From: Candidatus Oxydemutatoraceae bacterium
Lineage (GTDB): Bacteria > Pseudomonadota > Gammaproteobacteria > Poriferisulfidales > Oxydemutatoraceae
Direction: 5' to 3'
Length of the DNA: 64,000 bases
Assembly: GCA_965212025.1 (NCBI GenBank)
Contig: OZ243039.1
Coordinates: 111,216-175,215, forward strand
Positions within the stretch are counted from its first letter, which is position 1, and every line of letters starts with the position of its first letter. The notes beneath the pieces were generated by a model. That model did not search any database, was not told where the DNA came from, and worked only from the letters and a program-made list of their open reading frames with translations. The translations under genes and the position numbers were made by a program. Shown here piece by piece: positions 51,062-60,359 of the stretch.

Positions 51062-52015
51062 TTGTTGCCGTTTTTAACTTTAATACTGTCGCTGGCATTG
51101 GTCATGATGTCAGCCGAAAAAATGCTCGACGGAGCAGAAAGCATATCCCGGCACTACCATGTTTCGCCGTGGATACTGGGTTTTATAGTGGTCGGCTTTG
51201 GAACCTCCGCTCCAGAGTTGACGGTTTCAACCATAGCCGCATTTTCCGGAGAAATAGATATTGCGGTTGGCAACGCCATTGGTTCGAATATTGCCAACCT
51301 GACTTTTATACTCGGCGTATCCTTGCTGGCTTGCAAAACAATCAGCGGCAGCATTTCTGGCAAACCATTGCTGGTGTTGCTGGGTGTCACCTTGCTTCCA
51401 TTGCTTGTGCTTTTTGACCACCGCCTGCAATTGACGGAAGGCCTGCTGCTGTTATCGCTTCTGCTTGCCATTGTTTTCTGGGTGGTCAGGGGGGGGGGTC
51501 TGGGGCTCAGCACTGCAGACACCCTCAAGCCCAAAGAGGCCGCCACGGTCAGACCAACCTTGGCCTGGGTCTGGCTGTCCCTTGGCATGGCCGTATTGTT
51601 GCTTTCATCCGAGGTCTCGGTGAATTCGGCGGTAGAAGTCGCAGAAATCCTCGGGATCAACAGCGTGTTCGTCGGCTTGACGATTATTTCTCTGGGCACT
51701 AGCCTGCCTGAACTGGCAGTATCGCTGTCCGCCGCCAGACGAGGGAATTCGGAAATTATTTTAGGGAATATTTTTGGCTCCAATATGTTCAATTCGCTTG
51801 GCGTCATCGGGGTTTCCGCGCTGATCAACCATGACAACGTCGCTTCCGAACTGCTTGACAGGGACACGGTGTACATGATCGGGGTCACCGCGCTTACCGC
51901 CGTGTTACTCTGGCTGTGCCGACACCGCCTTGTGTCGGGCAAAGTATGCGGGACTATGTTGCTTGCCTTGTATCCCCTTTACCTTCTCTTGCTTTACAAT
52001 CACGCCTTTGCCTGA
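51062..52015 (+). CDS. yrbG: Ca2+/Na+ antiporter (CaCA family, YrbG-like)
   Basis: Two alpha-repeat motifs (GTSAPEL… and GTSLPEL…). Length 317 aa with 10 TM segments. Confidence 0.8.
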   Translation: MLPFLTLILSLALVMMSAEKMLDGAESISRHYHVSPWILGFIVVGFGTSAPELTVSTIAAFSGEIDIAVGNAIGSNIANLTFILGVSLLACKTISGSISGKPLLVLLGVTLLPLLVLFDHRLQLTEGLLLLSLLLAIVFWVVRGGGLGLSTADTLKPKEAATVRPTLAWVWLSLGMAVLLLSSEVSVNSAVEVAEILGINSVFVGLTIISLGTSLPELAVSLSAARRGNSEIILGNIFGSNMFNSLGVIGVSALINHDNVASELLDRDTVYMIGVTALTAVLLWLCRHRLVSGKVCGTMLLALYPLYLLLLYNHAFA

Positions 52016-52056
52016 GACCACGCCCTTAATTGCTCAAGTACCCTTGATGCCTGCAG

Positions 52057-53043
52057 ATGACTGACAGAGACAATTTTCTACCAGAGAAGGCACTGGAAGT
52101 GGCACGGCGGGTGGTGGACATTGAAGCGCAGTCGGTCACCTCACTGAAGGCACGCCTGGGCGAGGAATTCGTCCGTGCGTGCCGCTTCCTGCACGGTTGC
52201 GACGGACACATCATTCTGATTGGCATCGGAAAGTCGGGATTTATCGCAAACAAGATTGCTTCTACGCTGGCGAGCACCGGCAGCCCCGCTTTTTTCATCC
52301 ATGCAACCGAAGCCAGCCATGGCGATCTGGGAATGATCGCCAGCACTGACGTGGCAGTTTTGTTATCCAACTCCGGTGAAACAGCGGAGGTCACCAAGCT
52401 GCTTCCTATCCTGAAACGTCGGGGAGTCACCACAATCGCTTTATGCGGGAACCCGGATTCCAGTTTGGCAAACAACGTTGACGTATGCCTGGATCTCAGC
52501 GTCCCGGAGGAAGCGTGCCCCTTGAACCTTGCGCCAACTGCGAGCACCACGGTGTCGCTCGTGATGGGAGATGCGCTGGCACTGGCACTCCTGGATGCCC
52601 GGGGATTTACGAGCGAAGAGTTCGCGCGTAACCACCCGGGAGGGCGCCTCGGTCGCCGCCTGCTGTTGCAGGTTGATGACATCATGCACCGTGGTGCCAA
52701 GATGCCTTGCGTGGGCTTACAGACTGCTTTGCCTGACGTCCTGTGCGAGATGTCTGCCAAACGCCTGGGAATGACATTGGTGCTGGACAGGAAAGGAGCC
52801 ATGGCAGGTGTCTTCACTGACGGGGATTTGCGGCGGGTACTGGACAGTGGCGTTGACCTTCAAAATACTCAGGTTCGTGAGGTGATGACCAAAAAATGCC
52901 GCACGATTCTGGAAGGCACGCTCGCAGCCGATGCCTTGACAATCATGGAGCAAGAAAGCATCAACGCCTTGCCAGTGGTGGATAGCAAGGGGAAGCCACT
53001 GGGTGCCTTGAACATTCACGATTTGTTACGCGCCGGACTATAG
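52057..53043 (+). CDS. kdsD: Arabinose-5-phosphate isomerase KdsD (SIS plus two CBS domains)
   Basis: The SIS motif ILIGIGKSGFIANKIASTL is followed by tandem CBS domains. Length 328 aa. Confidence 0.85.
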   Translation: MTDRDNFLPEKALEVARRVVDIEAQSVTSLKARLGEEFVRACRFLHGCDGHIILIGIGKSGFIANKIASTLASTGSPAFFIHATEASHGDLGMIASTDVAVLLSNSGETAEVTKLLPILKRRGVTTIALCGNPDSSLANNVDVCLDLSVPEEACPLNLAPTASTTVSLVMGDALALALLDARGFTSEEFARNHPGGRLGRRLLLQVDDIMHRGAKMPCVGLQTALPDVLCEMSAKRLGMTLVLDRKGAMAGVFTDGDLRRVLDSGVDLQNTQVREVMTKKCRTILEGTLAADALTIMEQESINALPVVDSKGKPLGALNIHDLLRAGL

Positions 53044-53072
53044 TCTTGCCGGCTTACAGGCTGACGGAAGGT

Positions 53073-53825
53073 CTACAGAAATCCAAGCGGCCTTCCCTGC
53101 CGGTCAAACCCCTCACCAAGATAGACTTTCCTCGCCCCTTCGTTTGCCATCACTTCCAGAGAGGTGCCGGCAGCAACGATTTTCCCATGGTGCACAATGT
53201 AGGAGCGGTCACACGCCTGCAAGGTTTCTGAAACATTGTGGTCGGTTATCAGCAGACCCAGCCCGCGGTCTCTCAGCTGCTGCATGATGTTTCGTATTTC
53301 CGTTACAAAAATGGGGTCTATCCCGGCAAAAGGCTCGTCAAACAACATGAAAGATGGCCGAAACGCCAGTGCCCGCGCAATTTCCACACGCCGCCTTTCG
53401 CCTCCTGACAAAGAACGACCCAAAGAAGAGCGAACAGTTTCTAAATGAAATTCTTCCAGAAGTTCCCCGAGCTCCCGTTCCAGCGCACTTTTGTTTTTGT
53501 AATCCCGTGCTTCAAGGGCGACACGAATATTGTCTGCCACGCTGAGCTTGCGAAAGACAGACGGCTCTTGTGGAAGGTAGGAAATGCCGCAGATGGCACG
53601 TTTGTGCATTGCCAGGGTGGTGATGTCTCGGTGATCCAGAAACACGCGACCACGACCGGGAAAAATCAAGCCTGCCAACATGCGGAAAATCGTGGTTTTC
53701 CCCGCTCCGTTGGGTCCCAGCAAGCCGACAGCTTCCCCGCTCTCAAGACGCAGGGACACGTCGTCCACTGCCTGCAGGCTACGGTAGCGCTTGCTTAAAT
53801 TTTCCGCTTTGAGTACCCGTTTCAT
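53073..53825 (-). CDS. lptB: LPS export ABC transporter ATP-binding protein LptB
   Basis: Walker A GPNGAGKTT, the signature LSGGERRRVEIARAL, and Walker B LFDEPFAGID are present. Confidence 0.85.
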   Translation of the reverse strand: MKRVLKAENLSKRYRSLQAVDDVSLRLESGEAVGLLGPNGAGKTTIFRMLAGLIFPGRGRVFLDHRDITTLAMHKRAICGISYLPQEPSVFRKLSVADNIRVALEARDYKNKSALERELGELLEEFHLETVRSSLGRSLSGGERRRVEIARALAFRPSFMLFDEPFAGIDPIFVTEIRNIMQQLRDRGLGLLITDHNVSETLQACDRSYIVHHGKIVAAGTSLEVMANEGARKVYLGEGFDRQGRPLGFL

Positions 53826-53994
53826 GGTCACGCCTTTTGGCAAAAAATCGCGGTTTCCACCGCTTCCCTGAGGTTCAGCAAGCAGACGACTCCTTCGCTT
53901 TCAAGGCGAACTGTCGCCGGAGAACCACGACCGCTCTGGCTAAAATTCTCTGCTTTGGGTGCTGATCTCACGGTGACGCATTTTCAGCAATCAT

Positions 53995-54645
53995 TTATGG
54001 CTGCTCACCGTCTTTCCCGACCGACTCCACGCGGGTGGTTTTGGGAACAACCTTTCGCAAAACCTTTCGTTCCAGTCTCTCTCCGTCACGGCTTTCAATC
54101 TGGGTTAAGGGCACCTTCCCCGCTTGCGGCTTTGGCAAGCCGGTCTTGGCGGCAGGCTTCTTACGCGGTTTGCGCTCCGCCTCCTTCAGCTCCAGGCGGA
54201 CGCGACCGCTGCCTTCAATCGATTTGAAAGTATCATTGCCCAGATTGTAAATAAAGCCCTCGCCACTGAGCGTGCTGCCTTTATTTTCCATGCGCACCTC
54301 GCGCCGAAAATAAATCACATCCTTGTCCAGATTGACTTCAATTTCTTGCGCCTGCGCCGTCAAGGTCTCTCCGTTGCCAACGACTATTTCAAACTTGCTC
54401 AGACCTGAGGTCGCCACAATCCTTTCTATCACGTCCTGATTTGCATGCACTTCAACCCGATTGCCGGACAGGCGAGCCATGCCACTGCGAACCCGCACAT
54501 TTCCTTCGTAGACGCTGATGCCACTGGCTTGGTCAAAATCAAAAGAATCCGATTCAATCTGTACGCTTCTTTGCGAATCTTCCGCCTGGGCTGAGGCGGT
54601 GAAAAAAAGCACTGACAGCAGACAATGGAAGACAAGCAGATTCAT
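53995..54645 (-). CDS. lptA: LPS transport periplasmic protein LptA (OstA-like)
   Basis: A signal peptide plus an OstA_N fold. It lies between lptC and lptB. Confidence 0.7.
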   Translation of the reverse strand: MNLLVFHCLLSVLFFTASAQAEDSQRSVQIESDSFDFDQASGISVYEGNVRVRSGMARLSGNRVEVHANQDVIERIVATSGLSKFEIVVGNGETLTAQAQEIEVNLDKDVIYFRREVRMENKGSTLSGEGFIYNLGNDTFKSIEGSGRVRLELKEAERKPRKKPAAKTGLPKPQAGKVPLTQIESRDGERLERKVLRKVVPKTTRVESVGKDGEQP

Positions 54646-54658
54646 CAAGCGACAGAAC

Positions 54659-55225
54659 TTAACCATTGGGGCTCAGCGTCAAGCGTACCGAAGACAGCAA
54701 ACGAAATTTTCCGGTCTCGAAATCTACCGTGGCACCCACTCCCTCCAGAACATGGGTTCCCCGCTTCAACACGGCCTTATTCTCTGTTTTCGCAGACTTG
54801 CCCAAGTGGTCGACCAGCAGATCACTGGTTCGCAAAGTTTCAACCATCTTGCCTTGCAGGTTTTTTTTCACGACAAAGACATTACCAGATAGCAACAGTT
54901 CTTTGTCGTCGATATTCCCGACATCCGACTGAACAGAAGTGGGAATCCCGGCCGACGAAAAATGTTGTGCGTTCACCGCCTCCATTTGTAATTCGCCCCC
55001 GAACCGGTGTTTGAGCGAATGACCCTGAAGCCGGGACAACAACTGACCCCTGGCATCATAGATATATAGCTCCACACCATTGAAAAAGCTGCTTGCCGTC
55101 TGCCCGGAAGCCATGTTTTGGGTCGCCCGCTGTGGGCGGTCAAAATCGGCGACCAGAACGTACAGCCCGGCTGCCAGCGCAACCAGCACCGTATAGCTCA
55201 GAAAAAAAACCGGTCTTTTATTCAA
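54659..55225 (-). CDS. lptC: LPS export protein LptC
   Basis: An N-terminal TM anchor, a length of 188 aa and a position between kdsC and lptA. Confidence 0.65.
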   Translation of the reverse strand: MNKRPVFFLSYTVLVALAAGLYVLVADFDRPQRATQNMASGQTASSFFNGVELYIYDARGQLLSRLQGHSLKHRFGGELQMEAVNAQHFSSAGIPTSVQSDVGNIDDKELLLSGNVFVVKKNLQGKMVETLRTSDLLVDHLGKSAKTENKAVLKRGTHVLEGVGATVDFETGKFRLLSSVRLTLSPNG

Positions 55226-55761
55226 CTCAAATACTGGGCAAGCACTTTATCCATGCGTGAAGACGCCCGAAGAATATATTCGCACAACTCACGCACTGCC
55301 CCATGCCCGCCCCGACACTGCGAAACCCAGTGCACGTGTTTCTTTACGAACTCGTGCGCGTCGGCTGGCGCACAGGAAAAACCTGCTTGTTGCAGCATTG
55401 GCAAATCCGGCAAATCATCTCCCATACACGCGACTTGCCCGCACTTCAGACCGCACTCTTTGACGAGCTCGGCAAATATATCGGCTTTTTTGATGAAGCC
55501 CTGGTACACACGTTCCACCCCCAAGTCTGACATGCGCTTGCCAAGCGCTGCCGACCGTCTTCCGGAAATAATCGCAATTTCAACGCCGAACTGCTGTAAT
55601 TCCTTGATGCCATGCCCATCTCTGGTGCTGAAGAATTGGCTCTCCTTGCCATTGCTGTCGATGTGCAGTTGCCCGTCAGTCAGCACCCCGTCCACATCTA
55701 AAACCAGCAGTTTTATGCCACGTGCCCGGTGAGAAAGGTTTTGTATTGCGTCTGGTGTCAT
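55222..55761 (-). CDS. kdsC: KDO 8-phosphate phosphatase KdsC (HAD family)
   Basis: LVLDVDGVLTDG… GDDLPDL HAD motifs. Length 179 aa. Confidence 0.85.
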   Translation of the reverse strand: MTPDAIQNLSHRARGIKLLVLDVDGVLTDGQLHIDSNGKESQFFSTRDGHGIKELQQFGVEIAIISGRRSAALGKRMSDLGVERVYQGFIKKADIFAELVKECGLKCGQVACMGDDLPDLPMLQQAGFSCAPADAHEFVKKHVHWVSQCRGGHGAVRELCEYILRASSRMDKVLAQYLS

Positions 55762-55915
55762 AGAAAAGCCTGGCTTCGCCCACCCCTTGACCGGTCACGG
55801 GACGAGGCAGCTACCCCGCGAATTTCAGATCCCGAGCTTGCACCCGTTCATGGGTGCGACACGGCGGGCGCAGTGATTATAATGCGAAGCTACATGGTAA
55901 AAATAAGGAGAAACT

Positions 55916-56254
55916 ATGAAGTTACAAATAGATGGACGACATATTGAGGTCACGGAAGCCATGAAGGAACACATAATCTCCAGACTGGAAAGCCTGGACA
56001 CGTACATCCATAAAGATGCGACCACGCACGTCATGGTCAAATTGGAAAAACACAGACACATCGTGGAAGCCTCAGTCACCGCATCACACGCTGTTTTTTT
56101 TGCAACTGCGCACTCAGAGGACATGTACACCGCCACAGACATGGTCGTGGACAAGTTGGCACGACAGATGTCCAGGAACAAGGAAAAACGCACCAGCCAT
56201 CACGAAGACGAGGTTATCCACCATAAACCCGTCAAACGCGCCACAAGGCGCTAA
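55916..56254 (+). CDS. hpf: Ribosome hibernation promoting factor (Hpf/YhbH)
   Basis: MKLQIDGRHIEVTEAMKEHI…. Length 112 aa. Confidence 0.85.
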   Translation: MKLQIDGRHIEVTEAMKEHIISRLESLDTYIHKDATTHVMVKLEKHRHIVEASVTASHAVFFATAHSEDMYTATDMVVDKLARQMSRNKEKRTSHHEDEVIHHKPVKRATRR

Positions 56255-56256
56255 CT

Positions 56257-56709
56257 ATGGACTTTAGCAGCTATCTCAACACTTTCACGGTGCGGTTAAA
56301 CGTTGACTTGAAAAACCAAAGAAAGGTTCTGGAAGCGCTGGCGGAGATGCTGAGTACCGGTCGCCGTGACATTCAGAAGCAGGAAGTCTTTAGCAGAATG
56401 CTCGACCGGGAAAAACTGGGGAGCACCGCGTTGGGCAACGGGATTGCCGTCCCTCACTGTCGTCTGGACAATCTTCCGCAACCTGTAGCAGCCGTTTTGG
56501 GTGCCACTAACGGAATTGATTACGACGCACCGGATCACAAGCCGGTCAAACTGTTTTTTTCCCTGTTGGTTCCCAGCGAGTCACAAAGCGAATACCTTCA
56601 CCTGCTGGCAGGTCTGGCCTCCCGGTTTCAAGACCCACGGTGTGTCAAAGCGTTGATGAAGTCGCAAAATCAGGCGCAGATCGTACGCGCTCTGGGAATC
56701 AGCCAATAA
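56257..56709 (+). CDS. ptsN: PTS IIA-Ntr (PtsN)
   Basis: A 150-aa EIIA(Fru-type) fold with the phosphorylatable His context GNGIAVPHCRL. Confidence 0.8.
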   Translation: MDFSSYLNTFTVRLNVDLKNQRKVLEALAEMLSTGRRDIQKQEVFSRMLDREKLGSTALGNGIAVPHCRLDNLPQPVAAVLGATNGIDYDAPDHKPVKLFFSLLVPSESQSEYLHLLAGLASRFQDPRCVKALMKSQNQAQIVRALGISQ

Positions 56710-57666
56710 GTGAACAAACTGGCGGCACAGTCCAGGATCCAGGTACGTGGGCTTTACGAGGAATGCCACAAAAGTCTGGCGCTGACGTGGGCGGCAGGGC
56801 ACTCAGGGGCTGAACGAGCCTTTGACAGGACTGCCCAGGAAGGAAAAGGTGCCGCTGGTTTCGTAGGGTATTTCAACCTCATCCACCAAAGTCAGATACA
56901 AATACTCGGAACCGTCGAGTTGCACTATATCCAGTCTCTGGATCAGGAAGAACAGAAGGGCGCGCTGGACAAACTGTTCAGCCCGGAAACCGCGACAGTT
57001 GTCGTGGCAGACGGCTGCGAACTGATGGCGGATTTCACCAGGCTGGCCGATGAACGTCACATCGGGCTTTTCAGCTCACCAGTCTCTGGGGTGCAGATTC
57101 TCTCGGACATTCAATATCACCTTAATTGGGCGTTCGCGCCACATCTCACCATGCACGGGGTTTTTATGGAAGTGATCAGTACCGGCGTGCTGTTGTCCGG
57201 GGACAGCGGGGTCGGAAAAAGCGAGCTGGCTTTGCAGCTGGTGACCAGAGGAGCCAGACTGGTCGCCGATGATGCCCCCTGGTTTGCACGCATTTCGCCG
57301 AACATTGTCGTTGGAAAGGCTCCACCCATCATCAAAGACTTTCTGGAAGTGCGTGGACTGGGGGTGCTGGACATCCAGAAAATGTACGGTGACAGTTCCA
57401 CCAAGGACAACAAATACCTGGAACTGATCATCAACCTGAAAAACAAACAGGGCAGCTCCCCGGAAATAGATCGCATGCAACCTCCAGCCACCTCAAAAGA
57501 CGTGCTGGGTGTAACCATCCCGCTTCTGACTTTGCCAGTCGCCCCCGGCTGGAATCTTGCGGTTTTGGTGGAGGCTGCCGTGAGAAATCACATCCTGACG
57601 CTAAAAGGCCACTGTGCGCACGATCTGCTCGCAGCACGACAAAGGCAATTTCTTGAGCGACACTAG
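56710..57666 (+). CDS. hprK: HPr kinase/phosphorylase HprK
   Basis: The P-loop GDSGVGKSELALQL and the signature LEVRGLGV are present. Length 318 aa. Confidence 0.85.
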   Translation: MNKLAAQSRIQVRGLYEECHKSLALTWAAGHSGAERAFDRTAQEGKGAAGFVGYFNLIHQSQIQILGTVELHYIQSLDQEEQKGALDKLFSPETATVVVADGCELMADFTRLADERHIGLFSSPVSGVQILSDIQYHLNWAFAPHLTMHGVFMEVISTGVLLSGDSGVGKSELALQLVTRGARLVADDAPWFARISPNIVVGKAPPIIKDFLEVRGLGVLDIQKMYGDSSTKDNKYLELIINLKNKQGSSPEIDRMQPPATSKDVLGVTIPLLTLPVAPGWNLAVLVEAAVRNHILTLKGHCAHDLLAARQRQFLERH

Positions 57667-57753
57667 CCATGCCCTTGATACGCACAGCCTCAGCTGTTTC
57701 AGCGTGTACCAAGACGCGGAAACTGAAGGCCTTGTTGCCTTGCACTGTATGCC

Positions 57754-58248
57754 ATGTCCGTTAGTATTTTGATCATTTCGCATGAAGGAGTGGGCAATGC
57801 CTTGTTAAAAGTCGCCCGGGGCATTCTTGGTGATGTCGCGACAAAAATATCGGTTTGCGAAATTTTGCACTCTGACACGTGCGAGGCACAGCTACAGTCA
57901 ACCAGGCATTCACTTGCGGAGCTGAACTGCGACGACGGTGTTCTGGTGTTGACCGACTTGTTCGGTGCCACTCCCAGCAACATTGCATCCCGATTTTGTT
58001 CGCATGGTGTACACGTGGTTTCGGGAATGAACCTGCCCATGTTGCTCAAAGCCCTGTACGCATCGCAACTTCCCCTGGACGCCTTGGCGAAAGTTGTGAC
58101 AGAAAGGGCGCGCCAAGGTATTCTGGAGTTAAAAAATGAACCTGCCCATGTTGCTCAAAGCCCTGTACGCATCGCAACTTCCCCTGGACGCCTTGGCGAA
58201 AGTTGTGACAGAAAGGGCGCGCCAAGGTATTCTGGAGTTAAAAAATGA
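57754..58248 (+). CDS. PTS EIIA, mannose/fructose family. Its 3' end is altered by a perfect 110-bp tandem duplication
   Basis: MSVSILIISHEGVGNALL… (catalytic His context). The protein is extended to 164 aa by duplication of 58029-58138. Confidence 0.65.
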   Translation: MSVSILIISHEGVGNALLKVARGILGDVATKISVCEILHSDTCEAQLQSTRHSLAELNCDDGVLVLTDLFGATPSNIASRFCSHGVHVVSGMNLPMLLKALYASQLPLDALAKVVTERARQGILELKNEPAHVAQSPVRIATSPGRLGESCDRKGAPRYSGVKK

Positions 58249-58514
58249 TAGTCAAGACAGCAAAAATCACTAACAAACTCGGACTCCATGCCCGTGCCGC
58301 TTCCAAGCTGGTCGCAACGGCATCCCGGTTTTCGTGCGAGATCACCATCTCCAAGGACAGTCATGAGGCCAACGCGAAAAGCATCCTCGGCGTCATGGCT
58401 CTTGCGGCAGCCCTCGGAGCGGAGGTACAGCTCGTTACCAATGGCGAGGATGAAGCGGACGCTACCCGGGACATCCTGAGTCTGTTACACAACAAGTTCG
58501 GTGAGGCAGAGTGA
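58245..58514 (+). CDS. ptsH: HPr-like phosphocarrier protein (NPr/PtsH)
   Basis: …NKLGLHARAASKLV… with His15 and Ser46 contexts. Length 89 aa. Confidence 0.85.
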   Translation: MIVKTAKITNKLGLHARAASKLVATASRFSCEITISKDSHEANAKSILGVMALAAALGAEVQLVTNGEDEADATRDILSLLHNKFGEAE

Positions 58515-58539
58515 AGCCTTCAGACCGGAGAAAGGAAAG

Positions 58540-60261
58540 ATGAGCTTATTGCTGAAAGGTACCGGTGCTTCGCCGGGAATTGTCGTCGCAACGGTTCACG
58601 TCGTGCACCGAAGGGCAGTCGAGGTGAGCAGGCGGGATATTTCCAAACCCGAGGTAGTCGCCGAGGTCACCCGCTTTGAGGTAGCGCTGGGAAAAACCCG
58701 GGAGCACTTGGTCGAGATTCGCTCATCCCTGGAGGACACACCGGGAGTGGCTTCCTTCGTTGATGCCCATTTGTTGATGCTCGATGACACCCCGCTGAGT
58801 CTGGAGCCTGTGGAGTTCATTCGCAAAGACCGGTGTAACGCCGAGTGGGCAGTGAAGCATGCGCACGACAAGTTGCTGGATATGTTTCAAGACATGTCAG
58901 ACGGATACCTCAAAACCAGAGGAGATGACATCACCCAGCTGAGCAAACTGATCCTGGGGCACTTAGTGGGCGAAGACCAGGCAATCAAAAGCAGTGAAAG
59001 GCAAAAACTGGAAGGGAAAATCATTGTCGCTGATGATTTGACGCCTGCAGACACGGTGGTCTTGTGTAACTGCAAAGTCCAAGGCTTCATCATAGAATTA
59101 GGAGGGGTCACTTCCCACACCGCGATCCTGGCACGCAGCATCGGTATCCCGGCGGTGGTTGCAACACATGGGGCGCGGCAACTTTTGCAAGAAGACGAGA
59201 CCATCGTTCTCGATGGCAAAAATGGCGTCGTGATTGCCGACGTGACCCCGGAAACACTGGCGGAATATCAGGAGAAAATCGCAGCAGAAAAAAGCCGAAG
59301 ACGAAACCTGCTGCAATTACGCCACCGCAAGGCGATTAGCCAGGACGGGATTGAAGTTGAAGTCATGGCCAATATAGAGCTGAATGCAGAGATTGACGCA
59401 TTGCGTTTCTCCGGCGCTGACGGGGTAGGCCTGTACCGCACCGAATTTTTGTACTCCGACCGGGACAAGCCGGCAAGTGAGGACGAGCAGTACGAGGTCT
59501 ACAGGAAATTGGTGGAAACCATGGACGGCAAGTCGGTCACCATCCGTACGCTTGATATTGGCGGGGACAAGGAATTTGACCCGGATTACCAGGGAGCGCT
59601 GGCGGCAAATCCAGCACTGGGTTTGCGTGGAATCCGAAGGTCACTAAAAGAGCCAGAAGAATTTCTCAAACAGTTAAAAGCGATTCTGCGAGTCTCCACC
59701 CTGGGTCCGATAAAAATTTTGATACCCATGCTGACCAATGCGCAAGAAGTCGCACAAATCAAACAACTCCTCAGCAGGGCACGCCGTGAGCTGGAAGACA
59801 GCAAGGTCAAATACGCCACGCGTGTTCCCTTGGGAGCCATGATTGAAGTACCGGCAGTCGCCTTATACGCCGACTATATGGCGACCATGCTTGACTTTCT
59901 CTCCATAGGGACAAATGACCTCATTCAATACACCCTTGCCACTGACCGCAACGACGATGAAGTGAGCCATCTCTATGACCCGATGCACCCCGGTGTCCTG
60001 ATGCTCATAAAAGATGTGCTGGAAGCAGGCAGAAGACAACAGACCCCGGTAGCCATGTGTGGCGAAATGGCGGGCGACCCTCTTTTTACACGCCTGTTGC
60101 TGGGCATGGGGCTCAGGGAATTCAGCGCGCCCCCGAATAATCTTCTGGAAGTCAAGGAAATCATACTGAGCAGTGACGTTGGAGAATTGCGAAGAAAATG
60201 CAGTACCATCCTCACGCCCGCGGGTTCTGCCGAGTTGGCTCGGCGCATAGCACACCTCTGA
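58540..60261 (+). CDS. ptsI: Phosphoenolpyruvate-protein phosphotransferase (Enzyme I)
   Basis: An N-terminal HPr-binding domain, the phospho-His domain (…GGVTSHTAILARS…) and a PEP-utilising C-terminus. Confidence 0.85.
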   Translation: MSLLLKGTGASPGIVVATVHVVHRRAVEVSRRDISKPEVVAEVTRFEVALGKTREHLVEIRSSLEDTPGVASFVDAHLLMLDDTPLSLEPVEFIRKDRCNAEWAVKHAHDKLLDMFQDMSDGYLKTRGDDITQLSKLILGHLVGEDQAIKSSERQKLEGKIIVADDLTPADTVVLCNCKVQGFIIELGGVTSHTAILARSIGIPAVVATHGARQLLQEDETIVLDGKNGVVIADVTPETLAEYQEKIAAEKSRRRNLLQLRHRKAISQDGIEVEVMANIELNAEIDALRFSGADGVGLYRTEFLYSDRDKPASEDEQYEVYRKLVETMDGKSVTIRTLDIGGDKEFDPDYQGALAANPALGLRGIRRSLKEPEEFLKQLKAILRVSTLGPIKILIPMLTNAQEVAQIKQLLSRARRELEDSKVKYATRVPLGAMIEVPAVALYADYMATMLDFLSIGTNDLIQYTLATDRNDDEVSHLYDPMHPGVLMLIKDVLEAGRRQQTPVAMCGEMAGDPLFTRLLLGMGLREFSAPPNNLLEVKEIILSSDVGELRRKCSTILTPAGSAELARRIAHL

Positions 60262-60359
60262 TAAAACACGCAATGTCATTTGCCGGCTGCGTCTCAAGTA
60301 GCGCGGACTTGGCAAGATGGCTTGGCGTCTTGCTTTTTTTCTGACCGGGAAACGGGACG

